Source: Geobacter metallireducens GS-15
Lineage (GTDB): Bacteria > Desulfobacterota > Desulfuromonadia > Geobacterales > Geobacteraceae
Reading direction: 5' to 3'
Length of the DNA: 32,000 bases
Assembly (NCBI RefSeq): GCF_000012925.1
Contig: NC_007517.1
Coordinates: forward strand, 180,001 to 212,000
Shown here: one piece after another, positions 1 to 7,116 of the stretch
How the letters are laid out: each line of letters opens with the position of its first letter
Numbering within the stretch: the stretch's first letter is position 1
Notes under the pieces: generated by a model
Told to the model about the DNA's origin: nothing
The model's database searches: none
Seen by the model: only the letters and a program-made list of their open reading frames with translations
Translations under genes and position numbers: made by a program

Positions 1-354
1 GCCTTCGAGTACATGACCGCGGGGCGCGTGGTTGTCCTCGGCGATCCCGGCCCCTGGATCTGCTCCGGCATGACCGGCGGCGTGGTCTACTGTCGCCTGG
101 ACGGGGCCATGGGGCTCGACCGCGAGGCCCTGCGCCGGCGCCTGGCCCGGGGAGCCGGGGTGGAAATCCGCGACATCGGGGAGGAGGATGTGGCGGCCAT
201 CGGTGAACTGCTGCTCAAATACCACCGGGAGCTCCTCCACTCCCACCAGGAGGAGGAAGCCGACGCCGTGGAGAGAATCATTGCCGCGGCCCGGAGCGGC
301 TTTGTGAAGATCGTGCCGGAAAAAAATATTGTTACCCCCCGGAGTACGGAGTGA
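1..354 (+). CDS. 3' end of a glutamate synthase large-subunit-like gene (GXGXG C-terminal domain); the 5' end lies outside the window
   Basis: Frame 1 is open from base 1 to TGA 352-354. AFEYMTAGRVVVLGDPGPWICSGMTGGVVYCRL shows the repeated glycine-rich beta-helix motif of GltB C-terminal domains. The tail SGFVKIVPEK resembles the GltB C-terminus. Recognised from memory; no search was run. Confidence 0.6.
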   Translation, partial: AFEYMTAGRVVVLGDPGPWICSGMTGGVVYCRLDGAMGLDREALRRRLARGAGVEIRDIGEEDVAAIGELLLKYHRELLHSHQEEEADAVERIIAAARSGFVKIVPEKNIVTPRSTE

Positions 355-390
355 TACAATCCGTTCCGGCGAATACAAGGAGGTAGTGCC

Positions 391-579
391 ATGGCCCGCA
401 ACGTTTACGTCGAGAAAGATGTCTGCATCAGCTGCGGTCTCTGCGTTGAGACGGTCCCCGAAGTGTTCCGTTTCGACGACGACAACCTGGCCGAGGCTTA
501 CGACCCGGCCGGCGCCGCCGAGGAGAAAATCCAGGAGGCCATCGACGCCTGCCCGGTCTCCTGCATCCACTGGGGGTAG
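391..579 (+). CDS. small single-cluster Fe-S ferredoxin (62 aa)
   Basis: RBS AAGGAGG at 377-383. CISCGLC plus a distal CP (DACPVSC) is the Cys pattern of small single-cluster ferredoxins. Confidence 0.8.
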   Translation: MARNVYVEKDVCISCGLCVETVPEVFRFDDDNLAEAYDPAGAAEEKIQEAIDACPVSCIHWG

Positions 580-612
580 CCGGGCGCCAAATCCCATGAA
601 ACAGGAAGACCA

Positions 613-1827
613 ATGATTATCCTTATCCTGAACTGCCGGGGCTTTTCCATCCATTTCCAACTCTTCGACTGGTCCACCCGCACCATCCTCGCCCGGGGGG
701 ACGTGGACCGGATCGAGCTGGGCGATTCCTTCATTGTCATGGAAGTCCCGGGCCGGGACCCCTACCATCTGGACTCGGACTGCTCCAGCTTCGGAGCCGC
801 TGTGGCCCTCATCCTCTCCACCCTCACCCATCCCCTGGAGGGACCCCTTGACCGGGTCGAACAGATTGCCGCCGTGGGGCATCGGGTTGCCCATGGCGGC
901 GAGCGGTTCACCTCGTCGGTCACCATCAACGAAGAGATCATTGCGGCGGTCCGGGGATTCGAGGAGCTGGCACCGCTCCACATTCCCGCGAACCTGGCGG
1001 GGATCGAGGGGGCCATGGCAACCCTTCCCCGCACCCCCCACGTGGCAGTCTTCGACTCGGCCTTCCATCAGACGATGCCCCTCCACGCCTACATCTACCC
1101 CCTCCCCTGGGAGTGGTACGAAAAGCACGGCGTGCGACGCTATGGCTTCCACGGCGCACCCCACTGCTACGCGGCGCAGCGGGGTGCGGCCCTCTTGGGG
1201 CGCGATCCGGCGGCATGCAACCTGGTCACCGTCCACATCGGCAATGGCACCTCCCTCTGCGCCGTGGAGGGGGGACGCTCCATCGACACGAGCATGGGGC
1301 TCACCCCCCTGGAGGGGACCATGATGGGGACCCGCTGCGGCTCCATCGATCCCGGCATCCCCCCCTTCATGATGCAGGAGGAGCAGCTTGCTCCCCGGGA
1401 CATGGACCGGATCCTCAACCAGCGGAGCGGGGCAGCGGGAATCACCGGGCTGAAGCTGGATCGGGCTGCGTTCCTGGCCCGGGCCGCAGAAGGAAACGAG
1501 CGGTGCCTCCTGGCCCTGGAGATGGAGGCCTACCGCCTCAAGAAGCACATCGGCGGCTACGCCGCGGCTCTCGGCCGGCTCGACGCCGTGGTCTTCAGCA
1601 CCGCCTCGGGGGAAGGGGAATGGCTCGTGCGGGAGAAGACCCTCGCCGACATGGAAATCTTCGGCATCCGGCTCGACCGGGAGCGGAACCGGGCGGCCCG
1701 TTCCGTGGAGCGGGAGGAGCGGATCAGCGCCGACGACTCCCCCGTGGCGGTCTACGTGGTCCACACCGAAGAAGAGATGGTCTATGCCGAGGAGGTGGCG
1801 GCCCTCCTGAACGGCGCCGGGGGATGA
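613..1827 (+). CDS. acetate/propionate kinase family protein (ASKHA fold) with a divergent N-terminal phosphate loop
   Basis: 404 aa. Conserved blocks are HRVAHGGERF, FDSAFHQTMP, RRYGFHGAPH, HIGNGTSLCAV, DTSMGLTPLEGTMMGTRCGSIDPG and VHTEEEMVYAEE. The N-terminus reads ILILNCRGFSIHFQLF where canonical enzymes have LN-x-GSSS-x-K-x-Q. Confidence 0.85.
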   Translation: MIILILNCRGFSIHFQLFDWSTRTILARGDVDRIELGDSFIVMEVPGRDPYHLDSDCSSFGAAVALILSTLTHPLEGPLDRVEQIAAVGHRVAHGGERFTSSVTINEEIIAAVRGFEELAPLHIPANLAGIEGAMATLPRTPHVAVFDSAFHQTMPLHAYIYPLPWEWYEKHGVRRYGFHGAPHCYAAQRGAALLGRDPAACNLVTVHIGNGTSLCAVEGGRSIDTSMGLTPLEGTMMGTRCGSIDPGIPPFMMQEEQLAPRDMDRILNQRSGAAGITGLKLDRAAFLARAAEGNERCLLALEMEAYRLKKHIGGYAAALGRLDAVVFSTASGEGEWLVREKTLADMEIFGIRLDRERNRAARSVEREERISADDSPVAVYVVHTEEEMVYAEEVAALLNGAGG

Positions 1828-1889
1828 CAAACGCCTGAAACGGGGTAAACTGTTTTTCTCACCGAATTCCATCCACCAAGGAGAGACTT

Positions 1890-2360
1890 ATGTCGCTGGA
1901 AGGCAAACAAGCCCCCGACTTCACCCTGGAAGGGAGCGACGGAAGGAAGCACTCCCTGAAGGATTACGCAGGGAAGACCACCGTCATCTATTTTTACCCC
2001 AAAGACAGCACCCCCGGCTGAACGAAGGAGGCCAACGGCTTCCGTGACCTGAAGCCGGAATTCGACAAACTGGGCATCGGCATCCTGGGGGTGAGCAAGG
2101 ACAGCCTCAAGGCCCACGACAAATTCGTCCGGGACCAGGAGATCCCCTTCACCCTCCTCTCGGACCCCGACACCACAATGATGACCGCCTACGGCGCCTT
2201 CGGCAATAAGCTCCTGTACGGCAAGACCACTCTGGGGGTTATCCGCTCCACGGTGGTGGTCGGCCCCGACGGCACCGTGATGAAGCACTGGCCCAAGGTG
2301 GCCAAAGCCGACGCTCATCCGGCCCAGGTGCTGGATTACCTCAGGAAGACGGCTGCGTAG
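1890..2360 (+). CDS. BCP-type peroxiredoxin with in-frame UGA (2019-2021) at the peroxidatic Cys position; predicted selenoprotein
   Basis: ATG 1890 is preceded by AAGGAGAG (1878-1885). The frame is continuous with track ORF 2091-2360 apart from one TGA. Read-through gives VIYFYPKDSTPG[U]TKEANGF, the FYPKD-x-TPG-C-T peroxiredoxin motif. The rest aligns with Bcp-like proteins (SKDSLKAHDKF, FTLLSDPD). Confidence 0.8.
2027..2043 (+). promoter_or_regulatory. candidate SECIS-like hairpin for the peroxiredoxin UGA
   Basis: GGAGGCC-AAC-GGCUUCC forms a 7-bp stem (one G.U) starting 5 nt after UGA 2019-2021. I paired it by eye and ran no folding program. The 3-nt loop is small, so the real apical structure may differ. 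Confidence 0.4.
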
Positions 2361-2369
2361 GGAGATCCC

Positions 2370-2822
2370 ATGGCCGCAAGCGGTGAATCCTTTCTCGTCA
2401 CCTGTTCCGCCTGCGGCACAGCGAACCGGGTGCCGGCAGAAAAGGAAGGAGTTGCGGGACGATGCGGCAACTGCCGAGGGACGCTTCCCCCCCTCTACCT
2501 CCATCCGGTCCCCCTTACCGACCGGAGCTTCGATCCCTTCGTCGCCGGGTATCCGGGCCCTGTCCTGACCGAGTTCTGGGCCCCCTGGTGACCCCACTGC
2601 CAGAGATTCGCACCGGTGGTGCGGGAAATAGCGCGCGAGCTTGCCGGAAGGGGGGTGGTGGCCCAGGTGAACACCCAGGGAAATCCCCAGGTGGCGAGCC
2701 GTTTCGGCATCCGGGGAATCCCGGCCCTCGTCCTCCTGCAGAGGGGTAAGATCCTCGGGTCCCTGAATGGTGCCCAGTCGAAGGAGTCAGTCCTTTCCTG
2801 GGTCCGGAGCACCCTTCGCTGA
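2370..2822 (+). CDS. Trx2-type thioredoxin (N-terminal zinc-finger extension) with in-frame UGA (2589-2591) in a U-x-x-C active site; predicted selenoprotein
   Basis: Track ORFs 2370-2591 and 2616-2822 share one frame and are separated only by TGA 2589-2591. Read-through gives FWAPW[U]PHCQRFAPVVREIARELAG...NPQVASRFGIRGIPALVLLQRGK, which matches thioredoxin (W-C-G-P-C ... GIRGIPT). The N-terminus CSACGTANRV...GRCGNC is a CxxC-x16-CxxC zinc finger as in Trx2. Confidence 0.8.
2607..2625 (+). promoter_or_regulatory. candidate SECIS hairpin for the thioredoxin UGA
   Basis: UUCGCACC-GGU-GGUGCGGG forms 8 bp (6 Watson-Crick plus 2 G.U) with a G-rich apical loop. The stem starts 15 nt after UGA 2589-2591, which is compatible with bacterial SECIS spacing. 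Paired by eye. Confidence 0.5.
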
Positions 2823-2857
2823 CACCGGGCTGAATCGGCAGCCGTCCATTACGACCG

Positions 2858-2885
2858 TTGACATGAGTTCCTCGTGCGCTAGAGT
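2858..2885 (+). promoter_or_regulatory. candidate sigma70-type promoter for the nuo operon
   Basis: TTGACA (2858-2863), a 16-nt spacer, then TAGAGT (2880-2885), about 40 nt upstream of the nuoA ATG. Motif match only. Confidence 0.35.
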
Positions 2886-2923
2886 TTGAACTTGGCATTT
2901 CACTCGACATCACGGAGAGTAGA

Positions 2924-3340
2924 ATGCAGCAAACCACCGTCGCAAACCATTCCCTCTTCCCGACCCTGCCGCCCGAGTTCCTCCCCCTGGCGCTCTATAC
3001 CGTTGCGGCAACCGTCCTGATCGGCGTCCTCCTCCTGGCCGCCTGGTGGCTCGGCGCGAAGACCACCAACCGCAACAAGGAACTCCCCTACGAATCCGGG
3101 GTCATCCCCACGGGAAGCGCCCGCCTCGCCTATCCGGTCCCCTTCTACCTCATCGCCATCTTCTTCATCGTCTTCGACGTGGAGGCGGCCTTCATCTTCG
3201 CCTGGGCCACGGCCTGGCGCGAACTGGGTCTGGCGGGGCTCATCCATATCACCTTCTTCATCGTCATCCTCCTCCTGGGGCTCGTCTGGCTCTGGATGAA
3301 GGGAGGCCTCGACTGGGGCCCTTCCCGTGAACGGAGGTGA
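2924..3340 (+). CDS. nuoA: NADH-quinone oxidoreductase subunit A
   Basis: 138 aa with three hydrophobic segments. ELPYESGVIPTGSARLAYPVPFYLIAIFFIVFDVEAAFIFAW matches the NuoA/ND3 signature. Confidence 0.9.
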   Translation: MQQTTVANHSLFPTLPPEFLPLALYTVAATVLIGVLLLAAWWLGAKTTNRNKELPYESGVIPTGSARLAYPVPFYLIAIFFIVFDVEAAFIFAWATAWRELGLAGLIHITFFIVILLLGLVWLWMKGGLDWGPSRERR

Positions 3341-3460
3341 GAAACGTGGCTTTTCCGCAATCTCTGCGTAAGTCTTCGGGACCGCTTGTGCGACGTAGCG
3401 CTGCTACGTCTCCGCGCAGTCCTTCGACAGCCTTGATCTTGCGAAAAATCCACGTTTCTC
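3339..3460. repeat. 122-nt imperfect palindromic intergenic element (E1) filling the nuoA-nuoBCD spacer
   Basis: Terminal arms 3339-3360 (GAGAAACGTGGCTTTTCCGCAA) and 3439-3460 (TTGCGAAAAATCCACGTTTCTC) are complementary at 20/22 positions. A central perfect 8-bp hairpin GACGTAGC-gct-GCTACGTC lies at 3392-3410. A C-UUCG-G tetraloop-like motif lies at 3374-3379. Confidence 0.7.
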
Positions 3461-3478
3461 GAAAAGCAGGATTAAATA

Positions 3479-5854
3479 ATGGAAGAGACTGAAATCCCAC
3501 AGAACATAGTGCTGACCCGCCTGGACGACCTCATCAACTGGGGGCGCGCCAATTCCCTCTGGCCCATGTTCTTTGGGCTCTCCTGCTGCTTCGTGGAGAT
3601 GATGACCTCCTTCACCTCCCGCTACGACATCTCCCGCTTCGGGGCCGAGGTGCTCCGGGGGACTCCCCGGGAGGCGGACCTGATGGTCATCGCCGGCACG
3701 GTCTTCAAGAAGATGGCCCCCTCCATCCTTCGCCTCTACGAGCAGATGGCCGAGCCCAAGTGGGTCATCTCCATGGGGAGCTGCGCCAACTCCGGCGGCA
3801 TGTACGACGTCTACAGCGTGGTCCAGGGGGTGAACCAGATCATCCCGGTGGATGTCCACGTCCCCGGCTGCCCGCCGCGCCCCGAGGCGTTCCTCCAGGG
3901 GGTGATGCTCCTGCAGGAGAAGATCAGGCGGGAAGAGCGCCCCGCACGCAAAGTTCTTCACATGGCCGGCGGGACCGAGGGGACCACCCGGCCGGTCCTC
4001 GTGGACGGGGTGACGAAATCCCGCGACACCCGCGGGCCGGGGATGGAGGGAATCGCCATTCGCGGCACCCCGGTCCAGCATCCCCGCTTCTGGATGTCCC
4101 GTTCCGACGAGATGTGGCGCCCTCCCGCGCCGCGGCACGACTATCCCGACTTCGGCCTCGCCGGAGAACTGGAGACGATCTTCGGCGGCCGGGTGGCGGT
4201 GGAGCAGGCCGCCACCGACATGCTCACCTACCGCTGCCCTCCGGAGCTGGTGCCCGAGGTGCTGCGCCACCTGAAGAGCCGAAGCTCCGCCCCCTTCCGG
4301 CGCCTGGAGGACGTGGTCTGCGTGGACGAATCGTGCCGCCGGGAGCGGGAGCGGTTCCCGGACTTCACCGTCAACTACCACCTCCTGAACTTCGACATCC
4401 CCGGCCACCTCCGGATCAAGACGGAGCTGATGGGGGAGACCCCGGAGCTTCCGAGCGCGACCGGCGTCTTCCCCGCGGCCGACTGGTACGAGCGGGAGGC
4501 CTTCGACATGTACGGCATCCGCTTCGCCGGGCATCCGAACCTGCGCCGCATCCTCATGCCCCCCGACTGGGAGGGGCATCCCCTGCGCAAGGAGCACCCC
4601 TTCCGGGCCACGGAGATGCCTCCCTACACCACCGACGATGCACGGCGCCACCAGGCCCTGCCGGCCAGCGATTTTTTCGATAGAATCGACGAGGAGACCT
4701 TGATCATCAACCTGGGCCCCCAACATCCGGGGACCCACGGGATCATCCGCTTCATCCTCAAGCTGGACGGCGAGGAGATCGTGGACATGGACACCGACAT
4801 CGGCTACCACCACCGGGGGGCCGAGAAAATCGGCGAACGCCAGCACTGGAACCAGTTCATCCCCTACACCGACCGGATCGACTACCTGGCCGGGGTCCAG
4901 AACAACCTCGCCTACGTGAACAGCGTGGAGCGGCTCTGCGGTATCACCGTGCCGGACCGGGCCATCACCATCCGGGTCATGCTGGCGGAGCTCTTCCGGA
5001 TCGCCAGCCATCTGGTCTGGCTCGGCACCTTTGCCGCCGACGTGGGGGCCATGACCCCGGTCTTCTACACCTTCACCGACCGGGAGAAGATCTTCGACAT
5101 CATCGAGATGGTCACCGGCGGCCGGATGCACCCCTCCTGGTTCCGGATCGGCGGCGTGACCGAGGATCTCCCCGAGGGGTGGGACGGGGCGGTGAAGGAA
5201 TTCCTCGACTGGATGCCGGGCCGGCTCAAGGAGTACGAAGACCTCCTGAAGGAAAACCCAATCTTCAAGGCGCGGCTGAAAGGGGTCGGCGTCATTACGA
5301 AAGACGAGGCCATGGAGTGGGGAATCACCGGCCCGAACCTTCGGGCCTGCGGCATGGCGTGGGACCTGCGGAAGAAAATCCCCTACAACGGCTACCAGCA
5401 CTTCCACTTCGAGATCCCCACGGAGGAAGGGGGGGACTGCTGGGCGCGGTACCGGATCAGGGTCGAGGAGATCCGCCAGTCGCTCCACATCGTGGCGCAG
5501 TGCCGGAAGGAGATGCCCGCCGGCCGCTGGATCACCGACGACTACCGCTATGTCCTCCCCAAGAAGAGGGACACGCTCCACGACATCGAGTCCCTCATCC
5601 ACCACTTCATCAACGCCACCCGGGGGATGGCGCCCCCCAGGGGGGAAAACTACAGCGCCATCGAGGCTCCCAAGGGGGAAAACGGCTACTTCGTGGTGAG
5701 CGACGGCCTCAACGTCCCGTACCGGGTGCGGATCAAGACCCCGAGCTTTCCCCACATCCAGGCGCTCCCCCTCATGAGCCGAGGGTGGCTCGTGGCGGAT
5801 TTTCTCGCCATCATCGGGTCCATCGACTTTGTACTGGCGGATCTGGACCGGTGA
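3479..5854 (+). CDS. nuoBCD: fused NADH-quinone oxidoreductase subunits B, C and D (791 aa)
   Basis: NuoB part: [28 protein letters not shown] (N2 cluster ligands). NuoC part: [27 protein letters not shown]. NuoD part: [41 protein letters not shown] roughly 85-aa unconserved linker separates B from C. Confidence 0.95.
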   Translation: MEETEIPQNIVLTRLDDLINWGRANSLWPMFFGLSCCFVEMMTSFTSRYDISRFGAEVLRGTPREADLMVIAGTVFKKMAPSILRLYEQMAEPKWVISMGSCANSGGMYDVYSVVQGVNQIIPVDVHVPGCPPRPEAFLQGVMLLQEKIRREERPARKVLHMAGGTEGTTRPVLVDGVTKSRDTRGPGMEGIAIRGTPVQHPRFWMSRSDEMWRPPAPRHDYPDFGLAGELETIFGGRVAVEQAATDMLTYRCPPELVPEVLRHLKSRSSAPFRRLEDVVCVDESCRRERERFPDFTVNYHLLNFDIPGHLRIKTELMGETPELPSATGVFPAADWYEREAFDMYGIRFAGHPNLRRILMPPDWEGHPLRKEHPFRATEMPPYTTDDARRHQALPASDFFDRIDEETLIINLGPQHPGTHGIIRFILKLDGEEIVDMDTDIGYHHRGAEKIGERQHWNQFIPYTDRIDYLAGVQNNLAYVNSVERLCGITVPDRAITIRVMLAELFRIASHLVWLGTFAADVGAMTPVFYTFTDREKIFDIIEMVTGGRMHPSWFRIGGVTEDLPEGWDGAVKEFLDWMPGRLKEYEDLLKENPIFKARLKGVGVITKDEAMEWGITGPNLRACGMAWDLRKKIPYNGYQHFHFEIPTEEGGDCWARYRIRVEEIRQSLHIVAQCRKEMPAGRWITDDYRYVLPKKRDTLHDIESLIHHFINATRGMAPPRGENYSAIEAPKGENGYFVVSDGLNVPYRVRIKTPSFPHIQALPLMSRGWLVADFLAIIGSIDFVLADLDR

Positions 5855-5864
5855 AAAGGTTTTT

Positions 5865-6386
5865 ATGCTTACTAACCGTCTGAAATCTGATCTCCAGGCC
5901 CGCATCGCCCACGCCGTCACCAACCGCGAGGCGGCGGTGGACGTGATAAAGGAGCTGCAGCGGCACTACGGCTGGCTCACCGACGAGGCGGTGGCCGAGG
6001 CGGCAGGGCTCCTGGGGCTCACGCCGCTCCAGGTGGAGGAGCTGGCCACTTTCTACGAAATGATCTACCGCCGGCCGGTAGGTAAGCGGGTGGTCCACGT
6101 CTGCGACTCCATCTCCTGCTGGGCCATGGGAGGAGAGAGCCTCATGGCGCACCTGGCGGCGAAGCTCGGCGTAGAACCCGGCGGGACCACGGCGGACGGG
6201 ATGTTCACGCTCCTTCCCTGCTGCTGCCTCGGCAACTGCGGCGAGGCGCCGACGCTGATGATCGGCGACACCCTCTATGGCCGGGTGACGCCGGAGCGGG
6301 GAGAGGAAATCCTGAGCAACGCGCGGGAAACCGCAGCAACCGTGCCAGAAGGACCCGGCACACCACAAGAGGAGGAGAACGTATGA
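5865..6386 (+). CDS. nuoE: NADH-quinone oxidoreductase subunit E (2Fe-2S)
   Basis: CDSISCWAMGG and LLPCCCLGNCGEAP are the NuoE 2Fe-2S ligand blocks. I prefer the start at ATG 5865 (MLTNRL) over track start 5829, which overlaps the end of nuoBCD. Confidence 0.9.
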   Translation: MLTNRLKSDLQARIAHAVTNREAAVDVIKELQRHYGWLTDEAVAEAAGLLGLTPLQVEELATFYEMIYRRPVGKRVVHVCDSISCWAMGGESLMAHLAAKLGVEPGGTTADGMFTLLPCCCLGNCGEAPTLMIGDTLYGRVTPERGEEILSNARETAATVPEGPGTPQEEENV

Positions 6387-6715
6387 AAAAGGGAATTATC
6401 ATCTCCATCAGCCTGCTGGCCACGGCGGCGTTCGCCACGGCCGGCCTCGCCGACACCAAGAAGGGGGGGAAGATCGACGGCGCCAAGGAATTCAAGGAGC
6501 ACTGCGCCGTCTGCCACCCCGACGGCGGCAACATCGTCAACCCCGCCAAGCCCCTGAAGAAAGCGACCCTGGAGGCCAACGGGGTCAAGACCTGGAAAGA
6601 CATCGTTGCCAAGATGCGCAACCCCGGACCGGGGATGACCAAGTTCGAGAAGAAGGATGTGAGCGACAAAGAGGCAAGGGCAATCGCGGAGTATGTTCTG
6701 AAGACCTTCAAGTAG
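6383..6715 (+). CDS. periplasmic monohaem class I c-type cytochrome (110 aa)
   Basis: Signal peptide MKKGIIISISLLATAAFATAGLA. There is a single CAVCH haem motif and a candidate Met ligand in NPGPGMTKF. The ATG overlaps the nuoE stop (ATGA at 6383-6386). Confidence 0.85.
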   Translation: MKKGIIISISLLATAAFATAGLADTKKGGKIDGAKEFKEHCAVCHPDGGNIVNPAKPLKKATLEANGVKTWKDIVAKMRNPGPGMTKFEKKDVSDKEARAIAEYVLKTFK

Positions 6716-6720
6716 AGGCA

Positions 6721-6761
6721 AGAGTGGCGACTGGCCACGGTCGCCACTCTCTTCTGTTTTT
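6721..6761 (+). terminator. strong intrinsic terminator-like hairpin inside the nuo locus
   Basis: AGAGTGGCGAC (6721-6731) and GTCGCCACTCT (6740-6750) form a perfect 11-bp stem with an 8-nt loop, followed by CTTCTGTTTTT. It begins 6 nt after the cytochrome c stop codon. Confidence 0.7.
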
Positions 6762-6774
6762 GACGGAGGATGGG

Positions 6775-7113
6775 ATGCTCAGGATCAAGCGGATATACGA
6801 TCCGCCGGCGCCGGAGGACGGAACGAGGGTGCTCGTGGATCGCCTCTGGCCCCGGGGGATTTCTAAGGACGAGGCCCGGATCGACGAGTGGCTCAAGGAG
6901 ATCGCCCCCAGCGACGAACTGAGGAAGTGGTTCGGCCATGATCCGGCCCGGTGGGAGGAGTTCCGGGAACGGTTCCGGCGGGAACTGGAAGCGAAGGCGG
7001 AAATCCTGGACCACCTTCGGACTCTTGTCGGCAAGGGAACGGTAACGCTCCTCTTTGCGGCCAAGGATGAAGAGCACAACAACGCGGTGGTTTTGAAGGA
7101 AATGCTCGATTAG
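6775..7113 (+). CDS. DUF488 family protein
   Basis: RBS GGAGGA at 6765-6770 and ATG at 6775. MLRIKRIYDPPAPEDGTRVLVDRLWPRGISK...WLKEIAPS..LRKWF is the characteristic DUF488 N-terminal pattern (recalled from memory). Confidence 0.75.
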   Translation: MLRIKRIYDPPAPEDGTRVLVDRLWPRGISKDEARIDEWLKEIAPSDELRKWFGHDPARWEEFRERFRRELEAKAEILDHLRTLVGKGTVTLLFAAKDEEHNNAVVLKEMLD

Positions 7114-7116
7114 CCC

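Noticed and set aside
2893-2907. Sigma54-like TGGCATTTCACTCGA upstream of nuoA. Similar weak matches occur at 13790-13804 and 29296-29312.
   Set aside because: The -24 GG is present, but the -12 GC dinucleotide is missing (TCGA, TACC and ATTG instead of TTGC).
3404-5923. 839-aa ORF on the - strand, and similar long antisense ORFs at 6205-8007, 8265-10685, 15200-16585, 20532-21422, 22358-23287 and 27786-29078.
   Set aside because: Each lies antisense to a gene with unmistakable conserved motifs (nuoBCD, nuoF, nuoG, nuoL, nuoM, nuoN, tkt). Their translations are Arg/Gly/Pro/Asp-rich low-complexity strings typical of stop-poor shadow frames in high-GC DNA.
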